DNA of 64,000 nt, taken from contig OZ245742.1 in the NCBI GenBank assembly GCA_965227295.1, forward strand, positions 1,920,001-1,984,000, written 5' to 3'. The DNA comes from Leptonemataceae bacterium (GTDB lineage Bacteria; Spirochaetota; Leptospiria; Leptospirales; Leptonemataceae). Under the pieces are notes generated by a model. It saw nothing but the letters and a program-made list of their open reading frames with translations, did not search any database and was not told where the DNA came from. The position numbers and the translations under genes were made by a program. Below are positions 1 to 10,576 of the stretch, one piece after another; the first letter of the stretch is position 1, and each line of letters begins with the position of its first letter.

Positions 1-849
<849 letters not shown>

Positions 850-903
850 TTATTTTAAAGTTCAGGACCGGTCCGAAAAAAAAAGGGAAAACACCGGAAT
901 TCC

Positions 904-1023
904 TTTTTTGGGCGCGTCGGCGCAAAGCGCCGACCGGGCTGCTCCGGGCTCCGCTTCGCTGCGGTCTCGCCTGCGGCGAGACTGGCGCTACGCGCCACCC
1001 TGCGCATCCCTCGCGCGAAGAGT
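904..1023 (+). repeat. REP-like multi-hairpin intergenic element, family 2, copy 1
   Basis: Hairpins gtcggcgc-aaa-gcgccgac, gtctcgcc-tgc-ggcgagac and tggcgc-tac-gcgcca. Shares gcttcgctgcggtc, gactggcgctRcgcgcca and cgcgaagagt with 55604-55700 in the opposite orientation. Confidence 0.7.
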
Positions 1024-1052
1024 GTGCGGTCGTGATTCTACCCACCCTTCAA

Positions 1053-1117
1053 GGACTGAGTCAGGGGGGAGGACACGCTCAATTGGGAACCGCGTGTCCT
1101 CCCCCCTGACTCAGTCC
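1053..1117. repeat. Perfect 26-bp inverted repeat with 13-nt loop, overlapping the pth stop codon
   Basis: ggactgagtcaggggggaggacacgc (1053-1078) is the exact reverse complement of 1092-1117. Confidence 0.9.
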
Positions 1118-1677
1118 GCCTTAAATTTCTCGACGACCTCGTCGATGTCGCCGTGGGTAATTGAGCGAATTGCGGCTTCGGCGTCGTTGATGATGCTGAT
1201 CAACTGCATGTTTTCGAGGGGCTCGAACTCTTTGCCGACGTAGCGCTTGCGAGAAATCTTGCGCGGCATTTCGCCGCGAATGCCCACACGAACGCGGATG
1301 AACTCCGGAGACTTCAACGCCTCGCGCAGATTCGAGATGGCCGGGTGGGCGTGGTCGTCGCCGCCCTTTTCGACGATCAGCCGGCCCAGGGCCAGCGTGA
1401 AGTCGTCCATGATGACGATGATGTCGTCGGGCTTGATTCTAAGAAACGAAGCGATGTAAAGCGCGGCCTCGCCGGAGAGTTCGGCGAAGGTCTGCGGTTT
1501 CAAGAGGACGATTTCCTCGCCCTCGAAATCTCCGCGGCCGATCAACGACTTCTTTTTCTTCGTGCGGATCTCAATGTCGTTGTTGTTCGCGATGACATCG
1601 AGAATCTTGAAACCGATGTTGGACCGGTGACTGGCGTACTTTTCACCGGGATTGCCGAGTCCAATAATCAGTTTCAT
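1111..1677 (-). CDS. pth: Peptidyl-tRNA hydrolase family protein with atypical active site
   Basis: LIIGLGNPG, KPQTF and RVRVGI motifs; sits next to rplY and prs. Confidence 0.9.
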   Translation of the reverse strand: MKLIIGLGNPGEKYASHRSNIGFKILDVIANNNDIEIRTKKKKSLIGRGDFEGEEIVLLKPQTFAELSGEAALYIASFLRIKPDDIIVIMDDFTLALGRLIVEKGGDDHAHPAISNLREALKSPEFIRVRVGIRGEMPRKISRKRYVGKEFEPLENMQLISIINDAEAAIRSITHGDIDEVVEKFKAD

Positions 1678-1719
1678 GGGCGCGTTTCAGAAATGCCGGG
1701 CCGTGAGCCCGACGCCTCC

Positions 1720-2358
1720 TTACTTCTCTTCGGCTTCTTCGCCCTCGGCCGCGGCTTCCGCCACCCCTTCGCCGCCCGCGGAGTCCGTGCTCTTCACGGT
1801 CATGCGCGAACGCGCCACGCGGACGATGATGGGATCGCCCTGCAGGATGATCTCCCACTCCGGCGGCGTGCCCAGTTGAGAGAGATGCACGCCGTCTTCG
1901 ACGTTCAGATCCGTTACGTCCACGGTGATCACTTCGCGGAAGTATTCCGGCGTCGTGCGCACTTTCAGTTTACTGATGTACTGTTCCAGGGCGCCGCCGG
2001 CCTTCACGCCTTTGGCGAAGCCCGTGGTTTCGATGGGTACGGTGATGATGGTCTTGCGACCTTCGGTTACACGATAAAAGTCCACGTGCAGTACGTCGCC
2101 GCTCACCGGATGACGCTGGATTTCTTTCACGATGACCTGGCCGGACATGTCGCCGCCGTTCACGTCCAACTGGATCAACGTGGAAGTCCGCAGACCTTTC
2201 TGGATCAGTCGCTGGAAGTCTTTGGTCGAGAAGGAAATGACCTGGGACTTGCCGCCGGAAATGACGTTGCCGGGAATCCGGCCGTCTCGACGCATACGCC
2301 CGGCTTCGTTGGTGCCGCGGTCGGTGCGCGCTTCGCTTTCGAGTTTCAGTTCGCTCAT
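1720..2358 (-). CDS. rplY: 50S ribosomal protein L25 / general stress protein Ctc
   Basis: RRDGRIPG, KEIQRHPV and HVDFY motifs; conserved prs-rplY-pth order. Confidence 0.95.
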   Translation of the reverse strand: MSELKLESEARTDRGTNEAGRMRRDGRIPGNVISGGKSQVISFSTKDFQRLIQKGLRTSTLIQLDVNGGDMSGQVIVKEIQRHPVSGDVLHVDFYRVTEGRKTIITVPIETTGFAKGVKAGGALEQYISKLKVRTTPEYFREVITVDVTDLNVEDGVHLSQLGTPPEWEIILQGDPIIVRVARSRMTVKSTDSAGGEGVAEAAAEGEEAEEK

Positions 2359-2405
2359 TTTTGATATGCTCCTGTAGAATTGCCCAAACTTACGTTCAAT
2401 GAATC

Positions 2406-3392
2406 TTAATTGCCCAGAAAGAGGGAGCTCACGGACTCCTCGTTGTGAATGCGCCGGATGGCTTCGCCGTAGAGTTTCGCCACGGACAGCACCGTGATTT
2501 TGTCGATGCGTTTCTCTTCCGGCAACCGGATCGTATTCGTTAGAATGACTTCGTCGATAATGGAATCCTGTAGTCTTTCGATGGCCGGCCCGGAGAGCAC
2601 GGCGTGGGTGGCGCAGGCCATGACCTTCACGGCGCCGTTCTCTTTCAAGGCTGCGGCCGCCTTCGTAATGGTACCGGCGGTGTCGATCATGTCGTCGTAG
2701 AGGATGCAGGTCTTGCCCTCGACGTCGCCGATGACGTGCATGACCTCGGAGACGTTCGCCTGCGGCCGGCGTTTGTCGATGATGGCAAGTCCGGCCTGAA
2801 TTTGCCGCGCCAGGTACCGTGCGCGTTCCACGCCGCCGGAGTCCGGCGACACCACGACCAGCTCGTTGAGTTGTTTCTTCTTAATATATTCCACGAACAC
2901 CGGCGCCGCGTAGAGGTGGTCCACCGGAATGTGAAAGAAGCCCTGGATCTGATCGGCATGCAGATCCATGCAGAGCATGCGATCCGGGCGCATGCTTTCC
3001 AACAGGTCCGCCACGACCCGGGCGGAGATGGGCACGCGCGGTTCCACTTTACGATCCTGACGGCCGTAGCCGTAGTACGGCATTACGCAGGTGATGCGCG
3101 CGGCGGAGGCCCGGCGCAGGGCATCGAGCATGAGCAGGGTCTGCATGAGGTGATCGTTCGCCGGGCTGCTGATCGGCTGAATCAAAAAGACGTCCCGGCC
3201 GCGTACGTTCTCGTCGAGCTTCACGGAGATTTCACCGTCCGAGAAAGTCTTCAAAACGGCGGTGCCCAGAGGTACGCCCAGGTACGAGCAGATTTCCTCG
3301 GCCAGCGGCTGATTGGCCGCCCCGGAAAAGATTAAGAGTTGATAAGACCTGGACACTGACTGCTCTTCCTCCGAGTTGATGGGGTGCTTCAA
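2406..3392 (-). CDS. prs: Ribose-phosphate pyrophosphokinase
   Basis: [26 protein letters not shown] and DDMIDTAGT motifs. Confidence 0.97.
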   Translation of the reverse strand: MKHPINSEEEQSVSRSYQLLIFSGAANQPLAEEICSYLGVPLGTAVLKTFSDGEISVKLDENVRGRDVFLIQPISSPANDHLMQTLLMLDALRRASAARITCVMPYYGYGRQDRKVEPRVPISARVVADLLESMRPDRMLCMDLHADQIQGFFHIPVDHLYAAPVFVEYIKKKQLNELVVVSPDSGGVERARYLARQIQAGLAIIDKRRPQANVSEVMHVIGDVEGKTCILYDDMIDTAGTITKAAAALKENGAVKVMACATHAVLSGPAIERLQDSIIDEVILTNTIRLPEEKRIDKITVLSVAKLYGEAIRRIHNEESVSSLFLGN

Positions 3393-4162
3393 TTTTGGCT
3401 CACCCGGGCGGCCTGCATCTCACGTTCGAGAGCGGCAAGATCGTCCGGCGAGTTGACGCCGCGCGCTTCGACGGCGTTGTCGAGGATCATGCTGCCGACG
3501 TTCGCGCCCTCGTTGCGATAGAGTTCCACGGCGTCGGGTAAGTAGTACTCGTTCTGGGCGTTATTCGAACCAATGCGGCGCAGCACGTCGAAGATGCCCG
3601 GGCTCTGAAAGATGTACGTGCCCGTGTTGATTTCCTGGATCTTACGGACGTCGTCGTCGGCGTCTTTTTCTTCAACGATGCGCGTAAGCCGACCATCGTC
3701 GTCGCGGACCAGGCGGCCGTAGCCGGTGGGCTCATCCAGGTGCGCGGAAAGAACGGTGACAGCGTTGTTTGCGGACTCGTGGCTCGAAAGCAGTTTGCCG
3801 AAGCTTTCCGGTTTCAGCATGGGCATGTCACCGGACGCCACCAGGACCGGGCCCCTGTAATCGCTGAGGGCCTCCGCCGAACACTGGAACGCGTGGCCGG
3901 TACCGAGCTGCTCCGCCTGCACGGCGAACTCCATGCTCACGTCGTCGATCTCGGGGACAATCTCGCGGACAACTTCCTGTTTGTAACCGACGATGAAGAT
4001 CAGCCTGCGAAAGCCGGCGGACACAAGGTGTTCGATCACATGCACCAGAAGCGGTTTGCCTGCGAGAAGGGTGGCGACCTTGGGGTTTTCGGATTTCATG
4101 CGGGTACCTTTACCCGCCGCGAGGATGACCGCCGCCTTTGCGTCTGTAGATGTGTTCGCCAT
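3389..4162 (-). CDS. glmU: GlmU-type N-acetylglucosamine-1-phosphate uridyltransferase domain only
   Basis: [29 protein letters not shown] and EYYLPD motifs; 257 aa with no C-terminal beta-helix domain. Confidence 0.85.
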   Translation of the reverse strand: MANTSTDAKAAVILAAGKGTRMKSENPKVATLLAGKPLLVHVIEHLVSAGFRRLIFIVGYKQEVVREIVPEIDDVSMEFAVQAEQLGTGHAFQCSAEALSDYRGPVLVASGDMPMLKPESFGKLLSSHESANNAVTVLSAHLDEPTGYGRLVRDDDGRLTRIVEEKDADDDVRKIQEINTGTYIFQSPGIFDVLRRIGSNNAQNEYYLPDAVELYRNEGANVGSMILDNAVEARGVNSPDDLAALEREMQAARVSQN

Positions 4163-4177
4163 TGCGGAAGCGATATG

Positions 4178-4249
4178 CTGGGCCGGGAGGATTCGAACCT
4201 CCGTATGCCTGGACCAAAACCAGGTGCCTTACCGCTTGGCGACGGCCCA
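4178..4249 (-). tRNA. tRNA-Gln (TTG), CCA end not encoded
   Basis: Reverse complement TGGGCCGTCGCCAAGCGGTAAGGCACCTGGTTTTGGTCCAGGCATACGGAGGTTCGAATCCTCCCGGCCCAG folds as a cloverleaf with anticodon TTG and a GGTTCGAATCC T-arm. Confidence 0.96.
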
Positions 4250-4295
4250 ATCTAACTCAAACAAGAACTATTTCAGCCGGGAGAGGGACCGGCGG

Positions 4296-5189
4296 TCAGG
4301 CTGAATACTCACTGAACTCGCGAAATTCAAAACCCGGAAACGCACGTTGCATGACGGAACAAAGTTCCGTCCGGCGTTCCGGTGAATCCACGAGGCCGTA
4401 GAGGCTCGAGCCCGAACCGGTGAGGGAGGCAAACGATGCGCCATGTTCCAGGAATTTTTCTTTGACTTCGAGGAGCGATCCATGCATGGCAAAGACCGGA
4501 CCTTCGAAATCGTTTTCCAGAACGCGCGCCGTTCGCCAGTCGGAAGCTTCCAGAGCCCGGCGAACCCCTCCGCTGAGTCCCGACAATGTCTTTGGGGGGC
4601 CGCTTCCCTGTAAAGTCCTTTTCAATGCGGAGTAGGCGGCGGGCGTGTCGATTTTTAACAACGGGAAGCACAGCACGCCGTGCATCGCGCCCAGCGTCAG
4701 GGGTTCGATTATGTCCCCGATGCCCGTGACCAGGGCCGGCCGTCGCACCAGAAAGAACGGCACATCGGCGCCCAGGGTGAGGGCAATGCGATGCGCCTCA
4801 TCTTGCGCAAGATCGAAGTGATCGCGCACGCGAGCCAGCACCATGCCCGCGTCGGAGCTGCCGCCGCCGAGGCCGCCGCCGGTGGGCACGCGTTTGATCA
4901 GTTTTACGCTGAGGGGCTCGCGAATCTCGCGCGTGGCGGCCAGGGCGCGCCACACCAGGTTTTTCTGGAGAGCGTCGCCGCGCTCGCTGACGGCGTCGAA
5001 GTCCGCGCGCACGGCTTCCGGCAGTTCGTTGACGGTGCTGAGATGATCGTCTCGGTCCGGCGACGCCTCGATGAAGATCTCATCGCCGAAGTCGATGGGC
5101 ACGAAGATGCTGGAGAGATAGTGGTAGCCGTCGGATTGGCGGCGGTGATGGACCTCTAAGCCGAGGTTGATTTTCGCGGGACAGAGCAT
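4296..5189 (-). CDS. ispE: 4-diphosphocytidyl-2-C-methyl-D-erythritol kinase
   Basis: PAKINLGL, GLGGGSSDA, LGADVPFF, NDFE and TGSGS GHMP-kinase motifs. Confidence 0.93.
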   Translation of the reverse strand: MLCPAKINLGLEVHHRRQSDGYHYLSSIFVPIDFGDEIFIEASPDRDDHLSTVNELPEAVRADFDAVSERGDALQKNLVWRALAATREIREPLSVKLIKRVPTGGGLGGGSSDAGMVLARVRDHFDLAQDEAHRIALTLGADVPFFLVRRPALVTGIGDIIEPLTLGAMHGVLCFPLLKIDTPAAYSALKRTLQGSGPPKTLSGLSGGVRRALEASDWRTARVLENDFEGPVFAMHGSLLEVKEKFLEHGASFASLTGSGSSLYGLVDSPERRTELCSVMQRAFPGFEFREFSEYSA

Positions 5190-5237
5190 GTGGCCGGGCG
5201 GCCGCTTCGAAGACGGCCCGGAAGCGGGCCGCGGGGA

Positions 5238-5396
5238 TTACTTGCTGAGTTTCTTTTCGACGTACTTCACGTGCTTGCGGGCCCGCGGATCGTACTTCAT
5301 GACTTCCAGTTTGCCCTGCTGCTTCTTACGGTTCTTGGTGAACGTATAGAAGTGGCCCGTGCCGGCCGTGGACTCGAGTTTCATGAGTTCGCGCAT
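5238..5396 (-). CDS. rpmG: 50S ribosomal protein L33 (Cys-free type)
   Basis: [22 protein letters not shown]...[10 protein letters not shown]; start taken at ATG 5396. Confidence 0.95.
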   Translation of the reverse strand: MRELMKLESTAGTGHFYTFTKNRKKQQGKLEVMKYDPRARKHVKYVEKKLSK

Positions 5397-5539
5397 AGTA
5401 GCGGCAGAATCCGGCGGTTGATGGGGCTGTCCAGCGAAAAAGGGGAACAGTCTGGAGGGCGAAGGCGGGAGCCTCCGACCGCCGCGAATCACTGCAAAAA
5501 ACACTGGCCCTGAAATCTGTGGCCCTGTTCGTGAAATAT

Positions 5540-6124
5540 ATGATAAAACTTACTAATTGGGGCGCCGGGCTCGTCATTGCCGCAGCCTTGCTGCTGGCCT
5601 GCCAGTCCGGCCCGTCCCTGATCCAACAACCCATCGAAGGTTCGACGGAGCAACTCGGCTACCGGATTACCAGTGTCACCGGGCCTGTGGCGTCGTACAC
5701 CGAAGGCAACTATCGGGTCACTCCGAAAGACCCGACGGAAGGCTACATCCTCGTAAATATCGAGGTCACGAACCGTGGTTCATCTCAGCAAACTGTCGAT
5801 CTATCGGGAACGACCCGTCTCGAACCCCACAAGCGCATCTTGAAAAGCAAGACGAGCGACAAAGAAATTGAAGTGCCGAATATCCCGACAAACGTGCGTT
5901 ACTGTAACGTCTTTTCCGGCTTGCTCGGCGACCTGACCTTTACCGCCGGCTACGAGGAGTTCGAACTGGGACCGGGCGACAGTGCCTGCCGCACGGCCTA
6001 CTACTTCTTCAAGAAAGGCGAACGACCGGAGCGTCTCATCGTGTTTGAATTTGTCGGTGAAAAAGTCGAAGGCAAAGTGCTGAAGACGAATGATCTACTG
6101 ACGATTGAAATACCCGCGCCGTAA
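5540..6124 (+). CDS. Putative lipoprotein
   Basis: Signal peptide ending LLLAC, followed by a beta-rich body. Confidence 0.65.
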   Translation: MIKLTNWGAGLVIAAALLLACQSGPSLIQQPIEGSTEQLGYRITSVTGPVASYTEGNYRVTPKDPTEGYILVNIEVTNRGSSQQTVDLSGTTRLEPHKRILKSKTSDKEIEVPNIPTNVRYCNVFSGLLGDLTFTAGYEEFELGPGDSACRTAYYFFKKGERPERLIVFEFVGEKVEGKVLKTNDLLTIEIPAP

Positions 6125-6157
6125 GCGTGCACACCCGTGGCCCGGTCGCCTGCCGGG

Positions 6158-7741
6158 CTATGGATTCTGCGGATCAATTTCGTACTTGCTCATCTTCAAC
6201 TTGAAGTTCCCGCGATCGAGTCCGCTTTCCCGCGCGGCCTTGCTGATGTTCCCGCCGCTGTTCTGTAGCGCCCGGCGCACGTAACTTTCTTCGAACGCCG
6301 CCTTGGCATCGAAGAAACTCTGCGAATCCGCCGCCGTTGCATCGACGCTTGCCGCTTGCTTTGCCCGTTTCGCCGCGGCTGCGCCCGGTCCCGCCACGTC
6401 GATGTGCGTGGGATCACTCAGTACGTCGCCGCCGGCGTGCAGGATCACCAGGCGGTGCACCGTGTTCTCCAGTTCGCGGACGTTGCCCGGCCAATCCGCG
6501 GCTTCGAGGCGTTGCAGCACGGACGGAGCGAAACCGTCGACGTCCTTGTGTTCGAGCGCGGCGTAACGTTTCAAGAAGTGCCGGCCGAGCAAGGCGATGT
6601 CCTCGCGGCGTTCACGCAGCGGCGGAATGCGTAAGATGATCGTAGCCAGTCGATCAAACAAATCCCGCCGCATGAACGACTCGCCGTCCTCGCTGCTGTC
6701 GCCGGTGAGGTCGCGGTTCGTCGCCGCGATGACACGCACGTTCGTCTGGATTTCCTTTTTGCCGCCGACCCGGCGCAGGGTGCCTTCCTGCAAAAAGCGC
6801 AGCAGCTTGGACTGCATGCCGGGGGACATCTCGCCGACCTCGTCCAGAAAGAGCGTGCCGCCGTCCGCTTCTTCCAGCAGGCCCGGCTTCGTTCGATCAG
6901 CGCCGGTGAAAGCGCCCTTTTCATGGCCGAAGAGTTCGCTTTCGAGCAACGTCTCCACCACGCCGGCGCAGTTGATCTTGATCAGCGGTCCGTCCGCGCG
7001 ATCGCTGCGTTGGTGCAAGGATTCAGCCACTAACTCTTTGCCGACGCCTCTTTCGCCGAGAACCAGGACCGGCGCCTGGGACGGCCCGGCCAGATCGATC
7101 AATCGGCGTAATTCTTCTACGGCCGGTGACGCGCCGATGATCGCTTCGTCCCGGCTCTGTTCCAGCAGGGCCACGGCCTGGTCGCGTTCTTGCTCCACGG
7201 CCTCGTAGCGCCGGCTGTTTACCAGGGAGATGCCGGCCTGAACGGCCAGGCGTTCCAGGAAGTAGTAGTCCTCTTCGTTGAAGGCTGTGTTCTCGTCCCG
7301 GCCGATCGTAAACAGACCGTAGCCCTGCTCGCCGATTTCGAAGAACGCCGCCTCGGTGCGCTTCGGCGCGTGGCCGTGTTTCGCGAAGGCCTTAACCTTC
7401 GAAAGTGCCGCCGTGAGTCCCTCCGCCACGAAGAAGTTGCCCTGTTGTTCCTGAATCGCGTCCGCGCCCAGTTCCAGAACGGCGTGCTCTTTTTCACCGT
7501 CGCCGATGTCCGAGGTGCCGGCGGATTCCAGAAGTTCGAAACGAAGTTTTTTGTGCGAACGGCCGCTCGCCGCGTCGACCGGGGCAGTCCCGTCCGCCAG
7601 GCGCCAGACCTCGGCACTGTCGCATTGCAAGAGCGCGATCGAGGAGAGGGTGATGGATTTCAGGATGTCCCGCGTGTCGAGCTTCGAGCTGATGATCGCG
7701 TTGATCTCAAGCAGCTCCTCGAGCTTCTTCAGGCGGCGCAT
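6158..7741 (-). CDS. GAF-domain sigma-54-dependent transcriptional activator with Fis-type HTH
   Basis: GERGVGKE Walker A, ESELFGHEKGAFTGA, LFLDEVGEM, WPGNVRELEN and a C-terminal NISKAARESG HTH. Confidence 0.93.
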   Translation of the reverse strand: MRRLKKLEELLEINAIISSKLDTRDILKSITLSSIALLQCDSAEVWRLADGTAPVDAASGRSHKKLRFELLESAGTSDIGDGEKEHAVLELGADAIQEQQGNFFVAEGLTAALSKVKAFAKHGHAPKRTEAAFFEIGEQGYGLFTIGRDENTAFNEEDYYFLERLAVQAGISLVNSRRYEAVEQERDQAVALLEQSRDEAIIGASPAVEELRRLIDLAGPSQAPVLVLGERGVGKELVAESLHQRSDRADGPLIKINCAGVVETLLESELFGHEKGAFTGADRTKPGLLEEADGGTLFLDEVGEMSPGMQSKLLRFLQEGTLRRVGGKKEIQTNVRVIAATNRDLTGDSSEDGESFMRRDLFDRLATIILRIPPLRERREDIALLGRHFLKRYAALEHKDVDGFAPSVLQRLEAADWPGNVRELENTVHRLVILHAGGDVLSDPTHIDVAGPGAAAAKRAKQAASVDATAADSQSFFDAKAAFEESYVRRALQNSGGNISKAARESGLDRGNFKLKMSKYEIDPQNP

Positions 7742-7744
7742 GGT

Positions 7745-8497
7745 TTACTGAAGCAGGATCTTCTGGAGAATCAACTTTTCTTTTGCGTCGAAGTAGTCCG
7801 CGTACTCGGCCATGATCTCCTGGGCCACGTCCTGGGAGAGATAGTCCACCGTGCGGGTGAAGGGCTTTTTATGCAGCGGCTCGTACCACTGGAAGACCAG
7901 GCCGCCGTCCGGTTCATAGATGTCCGCGCCCTGCATTTCGTCGTTTACCGTGGAACGCGTGGGCCGGCCGTAGATGGCGATAAGGCGCTCTTTGACCAGC
8001 GTGGACGGCAGGAATACCGTGCTCACCTTTACGTGAAAGAGCCGGGCTTCCACCTGATCGTGCTCTTCTTCGGTGAGCTGGTGGTTCTGCAGCAGCGCCA
8101 CGTTGTACGGCGTGCGGTAGAAATTGTAGCGGTAGAGCACGTCGTTTCGGCGGACCAGGATGAACTCGTTGCGGACCTCGTTGAGGATTTCCACGCGTTC
8201 GATGCTCGTCGCCGAAGTGGCCAGGTTCTTCAGCCGCGTACGGACCTCGGTATAGGTGGCGCCCCACTGCGCATCGGCGAAACCGTTCAACGGGGACGAA
8301 CCGATCTGCCCGGCCTGGCCGTTCCCCTGTGCGAGGTAAAAGCTCTCCGGTTCGGCGGTATCGTCAAAACCGGCGGGCATTTCTTCGGCGGGGGTGGTGG
8401 GATCGAAAAAGATCTCTTCTTCGTCCATGCCCTGGGCGGAAAGCGGCAGGACGCCGAAAAACAGAACGGCGAAGAGTACGAGTCGGCGGGGATCCAT
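7745..8497 (-). CDS. Hypothetical secreted protein
   Basis: Signal peptide after MDPRR; co-directional and tightly packed with neighbours. Confidence 0.65.
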   Translation of the reverse strand: MDPRRLVLFAVLFFGVLPLSAQGMDEEEIFFDPTTPAEEMPAGFDDTAEPESFYLAQGNGQAGQIGSSPLNGFADAQWGATYTEVRTRLKNLATSATSIERVEILNEVRNEFILVRRNDVLYRYNFYRTPYNVALLQNHQLTEEEHDQVEARLFHVKVSTVFLPSTLVKERLIAIYGRPTRSTVNDEMQGADIYEPDGGLVFQWYEPLHKKPFTRTVDYLSQDVAQEIMAEYADYFDAKEKLILQKILLQ

Positions 8498-8568
8498 GCC
8501 TATATAATCGGAAAAAAACCGGTGGGAAATCAAGGGCAATTTCCCGGGAAATCTCCGCCGCCGCTCCC

Positions 8569-8904
8569 TTATTCCAGGGAGCGCACGGCGTCTTCGACGG
8601 AATCCGCGAGAGAGAGGGCGCCGGCCGCGGCCAGGATCGCGATCTTCCGGATGCGCGGGCCGGCCTCGGCGAGGACGAACTGTCCGCCGCGCTTGCGACA
8701 GTGCATGTGCGCGGAGATGAACGTGCCCGAGATCAGCGAGTCGATGTACTCGACGCAGCCCAGATCAAAGATAAGATTCGGCGGCCCCTGTTTCAGGAGA
8801 TCCTGCACCAGGGTGGCCATTTCCAGGACCGTACTTTGTTCCAGGATGTCCTCCTGGAAAGAGACGAGAGAGTAACTTGAATGGGTGCTGATGTCGTATT
8901 GCAT
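8569..8904 (-). CDS. STAS-domain anti-sigma factor antagonist
   Basis: LIFDLGCVEYIDS motif; 111 aa. Confidence 0.8.
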   Translation of the reverse strand: MQYDISTHSSYSLVSFQEDILEQSTVLEMATLVQDLLKQGPPNLIFDLGCVEYIDSLISGTFISAHMHCRKRGGQFVLAEAGPRIRKIAILAAAGALSLADSVEDAVRSLE

Positions 8905-9041
8905 GGATGCTTCCGGTGCTGTTGATACGAATCAGCATAACGCATTCGTGTTCAGAAATTGTGTGCCGAATGCTAAAAGTCTATTCACTGTGTTAAAAAT
9001 TCGATAGCCGGTTCGGCCGCCCGGCGCGCCACAGGAACGAC

Positions 9042-9506
9042 TTACATCATGGACTGGGCGTAGTTTTGTTCGCCCACGCGGCCGATGAGTTCCAGCTGGG
9101 TTTCGAGCCAGTCCACATGATCTTCCTCGGAGTCGAGGATGGACGTCAACAACTGCCGGGATACGAAATCTTCGACCTGCTCGCATAGCTTGATGGCCTC
9201 CCGGAGGTCGGGAATGGCTTCGTGTTCCGTGCGCAGGTCGCATTCCAGAATTTCTTTGACGTTTTCGCCGATGTAGAGTTTGCCCAGTTCCTGGAGATTC
9301 GGCAGGCCTTCCAGAAAGAGAATGCGCTCGATCAACTGATCGGCGTGTTTCATCTCGTCGATGGATTCCTCGTACTCTTTTTGGCCGAGTTTGTCCAGGC
9401 CCCAGTTCTTGTACATGCGGGAGTGCAGGAAGTACTGGTTGATGGCGGTGAGCTCGTTTTTGAGGATTTTGTTGAGGTGCTGGATGACGTCGGCGTTGCC
9501 TTTCAT
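9042..9506 (-). CDS. bfr: Bacterioferritin
   Basis: MKGN...[21 protein letters not shown] and [12 protein letters not shown] motifs. Confidence 0.97.
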   Translation of the reverse strand: MKGNADVIQHLNKILKNELTAINQYFLHSRMYKNWGLDKLGQKEYEESIDEMKHADQLIERILFLEGLPNLQELGKLYIGENVKEILECDLRTEHEAIPDLREAIKLCEQVEDFVSRQLLTSILDSEEDHVDWLETQLELIGRVGEQNYAQSMM

Positions 9507-9618
9507 AATAGCCTGCAAGAAAGCACAGACACAAAGGCCGTCAAGGCCATCGCGACTTTCTGTTCGTGTGTTTTGAGAAAAGGAATTGAGACTGAGTGTA
9601 AATCCGGATTACCGGCGC

Positions 9619-9819
9619 TCAGGCCACGGAGTGCAGGGAGCCGGGCATGGTGGGACGGCCGCCTTCCTCGTAGAGCACGCGCTCGGCTTCTTCCAGGCAG
9701 CAGCCACAGCTCTGCCCCAGGCTGGTCTGGGCTTTCAGTTCTTCCAGCGTGGAGGCTCCATCCCGGGCGAGATCCCGGATCTGCTGATCATTGATGCGAT
9801 GGCAAACACAGACAAACAT
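9619..9819 (-). CDS. bfd: Bacterioferritin-associated [2Fe-2S] ferredoxin
   Basis: MFVCVCHRI...CGCC pattern, directly upstream of bfr. Confidence 0.9.
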   Translation of the reverse strand: MFVCVCHRINDQQIRDLARDGASTLEELKAQTSLGQSCGCCLEEAERVLYEEGGRPTMPGSLHSVA

Positions 9820-9849
9820 GCAAACGTACCCGACGACTGGGACAATCGT

Positions 9850-9868
9850 ACTGAGAATCATTCTCAGT
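9850..9868. promoter_or_regulatory. Fur-family operator upstream of bfd-bfr
   Basis: Perfect 9-1-9 palindrome ACTGAGAAT-C-ATTCTCAGT resembling the 7-1-7 Fur box TGATAATnATTATCA, 30 bp upstream of bfd. Confidence 0.75.
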
Positions 9869-9965
9869 GTCAATCGATTGGACGCCAATTTCGGTCCCCG
9901 GACGGGATTTTTTTTTCGGATTCGTGCGGGATTTTCTGTGGGGCCGACCCGGCGATCCGGGCCGT

Positions 9966-10406
9966 TCAGCCGAAGTGCATTTCGACGTGCTTCTTGATGT
10001 CCGTAACGCGGTCGTCGAGTTTTTCGATGTCGTCCACGGCGGCGTTGGCGAGGCCGAGGGCCCGGCTGACCAGGGCGAAAGCGCCTTCCATGCGCGCGCG
10101 GATTTCTTTGACCCGGCCGATCTCCTCGTCGACCTGGCGGATTTTGTTGTTCAGGAATTCGTTCTTGTGCACCCACTGGCGGCGTTCGTGTTCCAGTTCC
10201 GCCAGGCGTACGTTAATGCGGCGGCGCTCCTGTTCGATGGCGGCCTTTTTCTCGACTTCCATGAGTTCCAGATCGTCCTGTAACTTCGCGCGCTGCACTC
10301 GCATGTAGCGTGAGTAGCGTCGGCGCGCGCGGTTGTGTTCGCGCAGGGCAATGCGCCGACGTTGGGCCTGGCGGAGTCGCAGGAGTTTGCGGATTTGCTG
10401 GATCAT
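9966..10406 (-). CDS. Hypothetical coiled-coil protein
   Basis: Charged, helical-looking ORF; start taken at ATG 10406. Confidence 0.6.
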   Translation of the reverse strand: MIQQIRKLLRLRQAQRRRIALREHNRARRRYSRYMRVQRAKLQDDLELMEVEKKAAIEQERRRINVRLAELEHERRQWVHKNEFLNNKIRQVDEEIGRVKEIRARMEGAFALVSRALGLANAAVDDIEKLDDRVTDIKKHVEMHFG

Positions 10407-10576
10407 GAGTGGCGTACCTTGAACCAGAGTTCGAAGACCGGGTCTGGAGAACAAGAATCATACGGCGGACCTCAGCCCGGGCAGGCGTTTTTCGTCGGAG
10501 TTATCCACGCTCTCCGCAAAGGCTAAGGTTTGCGGAAAGTATGTTAAGTGTACGGCGGGTGAAACTGTGAATACCG

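Noticed and set aside
4178-4249. tRNA-Gln as an integration site for an island or prophage
   Set aside because: It is flanked by housekeeping genes, no duplicated tRNA 3' end was seen and there is no integrase.
5397-5504. N-terminal extensions given by the ORF track for rpmG, bfd, TetR, MarR and the TPR-PP2C gene
   Set aside because: Family motifs begin at downstream ATG codons, so the extensions are treated as upstream non-coding sequence.
7190-8875. Long antisense ORFs (for example 7190-8875, 34470-35951, 45408-46664, 1345-2364)
   Set aside because: They are shadow frames of well-supported genes on the opposite strand, as expected in high-GC DNA.
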